Assembly (NCBI GenBank): GCA_012026655.1 | Contig: JAAILG010000195.1 | Coordinates: 1 to 64,000 of the forward strand | Source: Hydrolagus affinis | Taxonomy: Eukaryota | DNA length: 64,000 bases | Direction: 5' to 3' | In this document: in pieces, positions 50,490 through 61,113 of the stretch | Numbering within the stretch: the stretch's first letter is position 1 | Layout of the letters: each line of letters begins with the position of its first letter | Program-made: the position numbers and the translations under genes | The notes under the pieces: model-generated | Databases searched by the model: none | Seen by the model: only the letters and a program-made list of their open reading frames with translations | Told to the model about the DNA's origin: nothing

Positions 50490-51058
50490 TCAATCTTCAC
50501 ATTTGATATAGCGTTACATCAAACCATCTCGAAGCTCTTCACAGTTTACTGTGAACTGTGAACATGCAATACCATACCTCAATGGTTAGAGCAATTTCCT
50601 TGCAAGTGGAGACCTGGGTTCAATTCCCTGCAGAGTGCAACCTTGGGCAAGTTTCGTTACTCCACACAACTGTTAATAATCCCTCAAGAAAAAAATAAAT
50701 AAATTGATCACTTAAATCCACGACTATTTGCAGGACACTGCTGTGCATAATTCGCTGCCGTGTTCAACCCTCAAATAGACCTTTACAGTATATCCTGTGA
50801 AGCGTTTGAGGTGTTTAAAAGATGTGAAAAGTGCAATATTAACAGCACTGTCCCGCAAACGATCATAAAATGAATGACATGGGAAATTATTGGCAAGGAC
50901 ACCAGGAGAAACTCTTCTTTGAATAGTTTTTTAAAACTCTTAACATCCACTTTGATGGGTAGATGGGACCTGAGTTTAATGCCTCCGCTGAAGGATGGCA
51001 CCTCTGATAAAATACCATTCCCCCAGTACTGCACTGGAATGTCAGCCTAGATCATGAG
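50490..51058 (-). mobile_element. Deu-domain SINE split by a family A insertion (50577-50840)
   Basis: Tail at 50490-50570; body TTGGCAAGGACACCAGGAGAAACTC..GAAGGATGGCACCTCTGA..CAGTACTGCACTGGAATGTCAGCCTAGAT at 50842-51058. Confidence 0.75.
50577..50840 (+). mobile_element. SINE family A, short variant, nested in a DeuSINE
   Basis: CTCAATGGTTAGAGCA..GACCTGGGTTCAATTCCC..CCTTGGGCAAGTTTC..GTGAAAAGTGC. Confidence 0.85.
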
Positions 51059-51185
51059 GCTATGAGGCAAGTTTCTGTTAATGTTTATTGGGGTATGCTA
51101 CAGTTGACTGGTTGGGGTGGGGATGGGGATTAAGGGGTGGAAGGAAAAAACAATTGCAGAGACAAAATTATGGCGGTTGATTAAG

Positions 51186-51464
51186 TAATAAATAATAATA
51201 AAAATCCTTGCATTTGATGTAGTACTTTTCACATCTTCTAGACGTCTCAAAGCGCTTCACAGAATATACTGTAAAGTGAATTGACTATGCATTTGTGGGC
51301 GAAATACGGCAGCCAATTGTGCACAGCAGTGTCCCACAAACAATTGTGGATTGAATTTTTTTTTTTTGCGAGGGATTATTATTAGGCGTGTGGAGTAAGG
51401 AAACTTGCCCAAGGTTTCACCCTGCCTGGAATCAAACCCAGTCTCTCACGAGTGCTCTAACCAC
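51186..51464 (-). mobile_element. Near full-length SINE family A, short variant
   Basis: Close match to the 20513-20817 copy across tail, body and head. Confidence 0.92.
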
Positions 51465-51499
51465 AGATTTACAAGACTCCAATCCTAGTAGGACTAAGG

Positions 51500-51782
51500 A
51501 TTAAGTAGGGTGGGGTCCCATTAAAGTGGATGAGGGAGGAGAGGTGATGGAGAAGGACATCATGGTCGATTGTGTCGAACGCAGTAGAGTGGTCCAGGAG
51601 AACAAGGAGATAGACGGTGCCTTGGTGACAGAGAGAATGCTGTCTCTGTGTTGTGGGCAGGGCTGAATCCAGACTGGAGGGTTTCGAGTGTGGAGTGGAG
51701 GGAGAAATGTGAGAGAAGTTGATTTGCAACAATGAGTTGCAGAACTTTAGCAAGGAACAGTAAGTAAGAAATGGACTGGGAT
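51500..51782 (-). mobile_element. L2 reverse-transcriptase fragment
   Basis: Minus-strand LVLLDHSTAFDTIDHDVLL (L2 RT motif LLDLSAAFDTIDH); upstream QSGF.A.H.TE and RPIS-like segments in other frames. Confidence 0.85.
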
Positions 51783-53486
51783 TTTTCTAAAATTATTCCT
51801 TTCTCTCACCCCACTTAGCAACCCTAACAAATTAATATTGAAACTAGTTGAAAATATATCAAGTGGAAACAAATAGGTTTAATTTATAACAAGTGCATTC
51901 AGGTTAATTAACAGACAGAAGGTTTTGTGTTTAAACAAGGCTCCCTGATGCTATACATGCAGGTGTTGTTAAGGGCCAATTGAGCTCTATAGGATAATTA
52001 CCAAATGCCTTTGCGTTCTTCAATTTGTTAACAAAGTGCAGGCTGTAATTTGCCTAAACCCATAAACCATCATGTGTGATCCGGTGCAGCAATTAAGTGA
52101 AAACATCTTCTCATCAGAGATTCCTGAGAACAAAGATGTACAATAATATTTAAGAAGCCAGATGGATGTTCAGAATGCTGTTTTTTTTGACAGCTGTGAT
52201 GCTGGTTAATTGCGCACAAAGCACAACAAGAACATATAAATGGAGCTTCCCACCACCATATCTACTAAAATGCCTTGTTTTGATTTTCTGTTTTGGATTA
52301 GAATGTAATCTGAAAATCCTGACATATCTGAAATCAAGCATCAGGAAAGATGTTATTGTTATTAACTTGATCAGCGTGACACTACTACAGAGCTTATTTT
52401 ATATTAAGTAATATTTTTGTTCCTATGTTCCTTTCATTTTACTAATTTTTTTTAAAAAATGAGACGGTATAATTCATAATGTATAGTCTCTACTGGTAAA
52501 CAACTGCAAATGGCAAAGTAATAGCAAGAGCTGTGTATACAATTAGAAGCAGGTTTGAATTAAATGAACAGTCTTAAATACAAATGATTTTATTTGCGTT
52601 TTGTCTTTCTGTCAATGTATTTCTGGGCTAAGCCAAATTCTATTCCAGATCGAAAAGTTGGTGAAGCGGAATTGTTTCCCATTCCATTTAAAACATCATT
52701 CAAGCACACCAGTTCAAAATTATATTCCGACTCTGGAATTGCAGATTAGCAGTGTGTTTTTATTTGATAAGTGCTTGGTGCTATTCTACACCTTTAGGTA
52801 AGTTTAAATTTTTTTTCGCTGTGTCTTTACACAGAGTGTAATGCAATTTTAAATTTTAAATTACATACCATTACATTTTTTGAAATTGCATTACATTTAT
52901 TTATAAGTGCATAGGGACATATTTGCTGAACTTCCCGAACAGAGTTTGCCCAGAGGAGCAAATTCACTACATGGAATGCTCGGAGCTGAATAACCCCCTA
53001 CATGCTGTTCATTGAGTAGAATTTCACAACATTAAACACCACCCTGGACACTATTTAATTACTCTTTTTTTAATGAATAATTAAAAAGAAATCACTGCAT
53101 TCTCAAGACATCCAGAAAAATATTTCTGTGAGAATTCCAAGGAGAGGGTGTTTAAATCAAATGTCTATGTGCTTTTAATATATGGATGGATTTATTTGTT
53201 TACTATTGTTTATTGTGCCTTGTGTTAATTTTCTGTTGCTCAATGATGAATAGATCTACAGATTTAGATTTATTTAATCTGTAGTTCACAGCTTCCGAAA
53301 AAGCATTTAAAATCACAGTTGGTCATAGAGGATACGATTTATATCTCATGACATTATGCGTTTTGATGAGTGGCTTAAGTTGAATACAAGCTGACTTCCC
53401 ATCAAATATTCAATTTATACTACACTTTAGCTAAGTAATTCAAATGAGAATGATGAAAGTTAAATGTGAGAACTCTCACATTGCAC

Positions 53487-53843
53487 TGGAATCCGGTAAC
53501 TCAGTGGTTAGAGCACTTACCTCGCAAGCAAAAGAGGACCTATGTTTGATTCCTAGCAGCATAAATGTTGGGCATATTTCCTTACTCTCCTGCCTCTGTT
53601 TACCCAGCAGCAAGTAAGAACCTGGTTGTTCATTGATTGGCAGATCACTTTTCTGAGGGTAATAATCCCTTAAAAAATAACAAATTGGTCACTTCAATCC
53701 ACAACTTTTTTTGGGACACTGCTGGGTGCAGTTGGTGTGGAATAAAATATAAAGTTAATCACTTTACAGTATATTCTGTGAAGCACGTTGAGATATCTCG
53801 AATATGTGATAAGGCACTATATCAAATGCAAGGATTATTATTA
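53487..53843 (+). mobile_element. Full-length SINE family A, long variant
   Basis: Head GTAACTCAGTGGTTAGAGCAC, internal GCCTCTGTTTACCCAGCAGCAAGTAAGAACC..GATTGGCAGATCACTTTTC, tail GATAAGGCACTATATCAAATGCAAGG(ATT)n. Confidence 0.9.
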
Positions 53844-54694
53844 TATATATATTACAAGGGATCTTGGGATTAATTTTGTCCCTATGATGATTTTTTCAAA
53901 GAACTGTTTCAGTCCATCCACCATGATATGTAAGACAAACAGAAACAACATAACTGTAATAAAAGTATTCAAATGTTAGAAATATTTTACCAAAACAGTA
54001 TTTACAAAAATAAATAGCTCAAACATATTTTAATTTATATTTTAAGAATGTATATTTGTATTTGTTCTAATTTTCCTTCTTCCTATTCTTTTCCCATTTT
54101 TTCCATCTCTCTTTTAAACCTTCTTTTAATGTATCAAATTTATATTGTTCTTGTTTAACTTATGATGCACAACTTTAAATCAATTTTCTTACCTTGTTTT
54201 TTTCTTTCTCATCATGAATTTTGCAGAAGCAAATTGTACAAATGTGTGATTTATTTTTTTGGAGGAGAAGGAATCACAAATCCTATGGCCAGCTTCTCAG
54301 CCACTCAAAGGCCATAGAGGTGGTTCTGTTGATAAATAAACTTTCCATTCAAGTAAAGAGAGGTCCTGTACTGCACTAGGATTTCATTTCAATGGATATG
54401 AAGTACAGAACTGAACAAGTTGTGTATCAATTTTGCATTCATTGTGAAACACTTTCACAAACACTGTGAAAGTGTTTTCACTTTATATTTTCACCTTATA
54501 AGTTGCAACATCACCACACATAGTATAATTTAGGATTTCCTATGAGAATATTGTGCCAGTCAATGTGTTTCCATCTCACGCACAGTGGGGAGAATTATGA
54601 GCAGGGTCAGTGTTTAAGCTAAAATATAAGGAAAGAATAATGCAATGTTTGAAAGTAAAGCAGTACTTATTTTCCTTTTTATATTCAATATCAA

Positions 54695-54812
54695 CACATT
54701 TCGCCCACAAACATACAGTCAATTCACTTTACAGTATATTCTGGGAAGCGCTTTAAGACATCAATAAGTTGTGAAAAGCGCTATATCAAATGCAAGAATT
54801 ATTATTATTATT
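54695..54812 (+). mobile_element. SINE family A 3' fragment
   Basis: CATTTCGCCCACAAACATACAGTCAATTCACTTTACAG..AAGCGCTATATCAAATGCAAG(ATT)n. Confidence 0.85.
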
Positions 54813-56200
54813 AGTATGCACTGACAATCATATGACTCAAAAAGATTAGATTTTAAAAACTACCAGAATGAGAGTATACATGTCTTTCAATATTTGTAAA
54901 TGCCTATTCTAACAGCCCCTGAACTGATCAACCAAAAGCACCATCACAAGCTCTCTAGGATTACCGCATCATACACCAAACAATGTCAGATTCATATCCA
55001 ATGTGATGTGTTAGAGAGCTTTGAGAGTACAAACACACAGTGCTGCACCTTGATCACAATCGATAGAGCCATGTTATCTCAACTGAATAAACAAGGCTGC
55101 TTTCCGTAACTAACCTGAAGACTTTACAACTCTCAAGGGTGGATATGCTGTTGGTTTCTAAAGTCTCCATTAGTCTCTGCATTGTGCATGCAGTTTAAGA
55201 AATCCTAATCCAAGAATCACTACAGTAAACCTTTGTTGAACTGGGAAAAAGGAATACTTTCTCTTTTGCAGAGGGCAAAAACTGCCATCTGGATAATGAC
55301 CAAAAGGTGGCAGGCCACTTACATTGATTCTCCTCCATTAGCAAATTCATATGTTAGTCCTGGTGTTAAAAAAAACTTGGCATTTTTCTAATCCCTCTGT
55401 GTGCAGAAAAGTTGCAATGATCTTCCCAAGTAAACACTGTCAAGTTTAATCATTGGTTCTGTATACAAACATGACTGTTACTTGCACCTTCAAAACAAAA
55501 TTAAAAAGCTCTGTGTTGAATTAGCAATTCATCTGAAAGATTATCTCTCAGGACACAAGATCACACGATCACGATCGTGTCAGCATCATAACATATTACT
55601 GAAATCTTCACAGCATTAAGACTCTTGCGCAAATTCAGAAATGTGATTTGTGCTCTTCAGTGGCTGTGATGGTGGTACATAATACATTCAACCCAATTTT
55701 TAAAGTATTTATGTGTTATACAGTTAAATTGAATAATTGATGAACCTTTAAATACTTGTTCTGCACTTTCACTGTTTTATGAATTCCTATGAAATAGCTT
55801 ATCAAATACAAACTAAACCAAGCATACAGCTGACAGTTAGAAACTACATGAGGTTCAAAAACGGTGTATACCTGTGAGCAATCAATATGAACCATGCATT
55901 AAAGTCTTTGTTCCCTCCATAATTGAAAGTTTTTCTCGAATGTAGTGATTTTTTTTTAAATGGATATAGTGTAATCTCATTCTATATTTTGAAGTTCACC
56001 TACCTTATAAGTGAAATGGTAAAGACTAGGATATAATTTTACAAGATTAATCAGCAAAGAATCAGCAAAGAATTAAGACAATTAATAATATAGTGCCTTT
56101 CACATGAGGAGGATGTCTCTCAAAGCATGGCACAGGATTTACAGTGTATTTCACGGGAAAATATTTATTGTTTATTTACCAATGAGAATATTTATTCTAA

Positions 56201-56542
56201 GTAGAGTTGAGCAGCTCAGTGGTTAGACAACTTGTCTTGGAAGTAAGAGGACCTGGGTTTGATTCCAGCAGGGCAAAATGCTGGGCAAGTTTCCTTACTC
56301 CACATGCCTCTGTTTACTTAGCAGCAGTTATTAGACGATTGGCCGGATTGCTTTTCTGAGAAATAAAAATAATAATAATAATTTGATCACTTAATCCACA
56401 ACTATTTGTGGAACACTGCTGCACCAATTTGCTGCCACATTTCGTCCAAAAAATACAGTCAATTCGCTTTACAATATATTCTGTGAAGCACTTTAAGACT
56501 TTTCAAAATCGTGATAAGGCACTAAATCAAATGTAATTATTA
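56201..56542 (+). mobile_element. SINE family A, long variant
   Basis: CAGCTCAGTGGTTAGA..CTGGGCAAGTTTCCTTACTCCACATGCCTCTGTTTACTTAGCAG..GATTGGCCGGATTGCTTTTC..GATAAGGCACTA. Confidence 0.88.
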
Positions 56543-57957
56543 TCTAAGTATTTATGTCTATATTTTTTGTTTAAGTGCCATATTTTGTTCCCAAATGTCC
56601 AGCCTCAATAGTAGAGTAGAGGCTATTTCTTGGTTAACCAGAACTGACAAACAACTGCCTAACAAGGAAATGTGCTTCAGTCTACAAGTCTATGTAATCT
56701 TTATCACAACTGAAGATCACATTATTGGTAAGACTGCCTGCAATGGTAAGATTTCCTAATTTCTCATTGGAAATTAGGAAGACAATCAGTACAATAATAT
56801 AATAATAATCCTTTCATTTGATACAGCACTTTATCACATCTTTGAGACATCCCAAAGTGCTTCACAGGAATTACTGTAGACTGTGGTGACTACTTCCTGG
56901 GGATTTGCCCCTCAAAAAACATGAAGTGAACCTCTTAGATAACTAACAAAATAGAATATAGATATTGAAGTTGTATATAATAGGTGCCTAGAAAAGAGGT
57001 GCAACCTGTAAACCCACCAAATTGAATCATAATCTACGAAACTAAAGCTCAGCTGATTTAGGAAGGGTATATATGAATCTTACGATCGGGATAAGGCCTT
57101 TAACTCCTTTTTTCCACCATGAATGTGCACATTGTAATGCAGAATAATTAATATTTTGAGTAATTATCTGCTTTACAGCATAAAATTCTGACTTTAAATC
57201 TCATTGTACATACATTCTGCTTGAACTGCACCGATGTGCATGACCCTTCCTCCCTCTAGCTCTCGCTACTTGCTGTGCGATCCTGTCATTATAATGTATT
57301 CCAGATGTCAACTAAAATGAAATTGCTGTATACCTGCAAGTTGCTGTTTGGATGAAGAAGAAATATTAACCTGGACACCTTGGGGATAGGATGGGTTTCT
57401 TAACATTAACCTGAATCATAAGACAGACAGGGCCAAAATTTATCACTCCATCCTAAACACCTAAATAATCTGCTCATTTTTTAATGTTATATTTTGTTTG
57501 TTACGTTGTTCATTTAAACAAAATGAACAATTGCACTCTTAAGAAGGCTTGCCATGATTTTTAAAATAGGTTAGCTACTATTCCTGTGTGGGTGTTCCAT
57601 TCATACCTGTGTATATACATAGTCTGGAGTTCTAACATTGTACCATACTGGCATAGCTAACAGATCCCGCTAACAATCCATTCACATTGACACCCATGTT
57701 ACAGTACTTGGAAACTTGCTGTCCTCTGTGAAACTATATAACTTCACAAAGTACTTATAATTAACTATAATATACAGTAATACTAATCTTTGCATTTGAT
57801 ATAGCCCTTTTCACTACATTTAAAAAAAGTGTGCAATTACTTACATGATCAACAGCAACAGAACCAACTCACAGTACAGTACAATGAAAGAGAAGAGAAA
57901 TGTGTAGGTTAGCACCAGTGGAGAGAGAGCCAACTCAAGATTAACATGATGGTAAGA

Positions 57958-58063
57958 CTGAAACAAAAACAGAAATCGCTGGGAACACTCAGTAGGTCAG
58001 GCAGCATCTATGGAGAAAGGAAAAGTGAGTCAATGTTTCGGGTCCACGCCCCTTCGTCAGAAC
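57958..58063 (-). mobile_element. Single Penelope-like terminal repeat with a degenerate hammerhead motif
   Basis: Homologous to the 33388 arms. Minus strand reads GTTCTGACGAAGGGGCGTGGACCCGAAACATTGACTC. Flanking direct repeat ATGATGGTAAGA at 57946-57957 and 58108-58119. Confidence 0.8.
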
Positions 58064-58680
58064 AAGTTTTTGTATGATGGTACACATTTTTGTCTGATTA
58101 TTCTCATATGATGGTAAGATTGCCTGTGCTGAAATGACACAAATTTCTTAATAATAGAATTACCATTAAAAAATGGAGCAGGTAACTCAGGCAATCAAAT
58201 CAACTCCTTCCACAATCCATATATGTACCCACTCAATCACTAAATCTACCCCGCCATTTAATCTTCTGAATGAAAATTTAATGATTTCCAAAGTTTATGC
58301 AAAACACCAGATTATTCATCCATTCTCCCATCTTCACATTTGACCAGTCCTGTTATGTCCCAGCAGACTGGGAATGATTGTATCATGTTGAGCATTTAAT
58401 CATATTAGTCTGCACCTATCCCAATAATCCTTTTCCTAGCAGATATTTAAGTCTCAATTGTATGATCTGTGATCTGTAACCACATGCTTTCTGTTTGAAT
58501 CAGACAAGTTTGTCAGATGAGTTCCACTGCTAACGGTGTAAACACTTGCCTCCTGAAAGAGGAGAACAGCTGTTAGGTGAAAGCATAGTTATACCAATGC
58601 TTTACAGAGTGGTTAGAAAACTGAGAACTAGAGCAAGGACAGCACAACTATCTAGCAATTCATGATTAGAAGCATATATA

Positions 58681-58906
58681 CAACAACAACAAAATTACAT
58701 TTATAGAGCACCTTTCACATCAGGGGACATCCCAAGGCACTGAACAGTCAGGGATTTAGACCTGAGCATGAGCGAGGAGCAGGGTAGGGGGAGGGGCAGT
58801 GGGGAGAGGAGGGAGAGAGGTGGGAGGGCGACTGAAGGCATGATCAAAAAGGAGGGTCTCGAGACCAGTCTTGAAGGAGGCAAGGAAGGAAGCAAGACGG
58901 AGGGAT
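58681..58906 (-). mobile_element. L2 3' end
   Basis: (CAA)n AAATTACATTTATAGAGCACCTTTCACATCAGGGGACATCCCAAGGCAC, then a purine-rich segment encoding the LKT.LF-like end on the minus strand. Confidence 0.8.
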
Positions 58907-60787
58907 TGTACATATACCTATGTATGTGAGTGCAGTGAATTTACAGAAATAGATAGATAATTATGAGATGGATAAATTCATCATAAACCACCATCTTGTT
59001 GCTCTGGCATTGGACATTTTAAGAAATAGCATTTTATCCAATGACAAATATGGTCAAGTGTATTTGTTTCTTAGTGAATGGACTGTGCAGCATTTGTGAA
59101 AATTGCTAGCTTGGTTATTGGCAATGTCACCAAAATATTATGTGCTGTGTTGGAGGTCAATATACAGGTTATACCTTAGCTGATGGAAAGGGAATCCTAG
59201 TACTTTTTAGGTTTCCTGTGTAGAATCACATAAATTACAACACAGAAAAAATTACATTGAGGCCAACAAAATAAACTGCATTACAATCATCTGAAATGTT
59301 TTAAGATGCCCTTCTAACATAAAAGTTGCTATATCAAATGCAAGAATCATTATTGTTGTTGTCAAGACCATGAACATGTTACCTCCTTCTTAATTCCAAT
59401 CCCAATTTTCAGCTCCCTTCCTGTAAATTCTTCTCGTTAAATCTCAGCTCAATTTATTTAAAAATATGTTTATAGTCTTGGCCTCATTACTCACTGACGG
59501 TGTAACATAATTTCTGCTTCCTGCCTCTACTTTATTGGAGACAGAACTCTAAATTGGATGAGTCTAAAATAAGTTAGTTGGCTGAGGGAAACGAACAAGT
59601 TATTGACCGGAAAATACATACTTTGAATTGTTCATGGTTAGCATATAAAGTATAGTTTGTAATTTTTTAATATAAGATTCCTTAAAAAAATTGCACAATT
59701 GGTGACTTCTAGCACTCCAAGGTACAGTACATTGTGATGCTCTCCTCTCCATCATAATGTACTTCCAGAGCAGAGTTTCTATTGATTGACAGGAAATCTA
59801 ATAGGTTTCTGTATTAGGAAATCCTGTTACAAAATGGCACACATTACAACCCATTGCTTCACAAAGTTATTTAGCTGAAATTAATTTCCATGGAAAGCAA
59901 TGATTTTCTTCAGACTGATTCTATTTGCAAACATATTTGAGACATCTACTTATCAATTGATGTACACCCATATATTTTCATCAGGAAATGTGGGCCATGT
60001 GTGTTATAAACCATTTACTGCTAAGCATACTTATCGCATATCACTTTCACACATTTTGTGCTGGTCACCCAGCACTGACTCAGCAATGGTAGCATTCCAC
60101 CAGGGATCTGTACTGTGCAGCTGCAGTTGTTAGCTTCAGTGGCACATTTATAGGGAGCAATGAACCAGCTGTCTCCTACAGTAATACACTGAAGCAATCT
60201 GAACAGTTTGAAGCACTAATGTCCCATCATTTGGCTAACAGTACCAAAATGGACAATAATTCAGGATACAGCGTACTTGCAGTATAATTTGCTAAATCCC
60301 ACACCCATTTCTGTAAATGAGCATCACATCTGTGCAGAATATCCTGGACGTGTAATCTTCTTTACAAGGGACTTTATAACCAATTTTTAGGTTTATAGGT
60401 TTCATTAAATCATTTTTATCAGCTGTTAAGCTATGGTAAAGTGCAAACGACCTGTGATGAAGCAAGTGCTGACAGAATTTAAAAGTTATAGCTGGGAGTC
60501 AATCAAATAGAAATTATAACGCATTGACCTTTTTAATAAGCAATTTACCATTCCATGTTTCCCCTCAGAAATCAACTCTGCTAAATATTTTCTTATTTTG
60601 GGCGTATGCAGACGTGTCATTTCTATGCAAATTAGTTACACATTAACTTGCTTGACATATTTAAAAACTAAATGTCACTTTTCAAATAGTAAAACACAAA
60701 TTTGTTGAAAATTATGTTTTAAACATGAAAAATATGAAAAAAGATGAACTGGATATAAGACAATTTTAACACATAGTTCTAGTAACT

Positions 60788-61113
60788 AGCTTTTCACGTA
60801 AGGAGGACAACTCAAAGTACTTCTCAGAATACAGTATAATGTAAAGTGACTGTGTATTTTGTAGGCCAATGTGGCAGCCAATTTGTGCACAGCAATGATA
60901 CTACAAAAGCCTTGAAGTGAATGGCCAATTTTATTTGGGGATTGTTAAGCAGAATATGTTTCTTTTTTTTGAATAGTGCTGTGGGATCTTTAATGTCCAA
61001 ATCAACAGAGAGACGGAACCTCAGTTTAACATCTCATCCAATGCACATCACCTCCAAACAACACAGCATAAGACCCAGCATTGCATTGGAGTGTCAGTTA
61101 GACTCTAGATTAT
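60788..61113 (-). mobile_element. Deu-domain SINE
   Basis: GGCAGCCAATTTGTGCACAGCAA, GAATAGTGCTGTGGGATCTTTAATGTCCA, CCTCAGTTTAACATCTCATCC, TGCATTGGAGTGTCAG. Confidence 0.75.

Noticed and set aside
52649-52797. 149-nt possible exon (TATTCCAG ... TAG/GTAAGT)
   Set aside because: Only one open frame, with no recognisable product and AT-rich composition; unsupported without transcript data.
47715-56780. Short perfect hairpins (47715-47742, 54447-54477, about 56753-56780)
   Set aside because: Arms of 11-13 bp in AT-rich DNA with no shared sequence; likely local mutational products.
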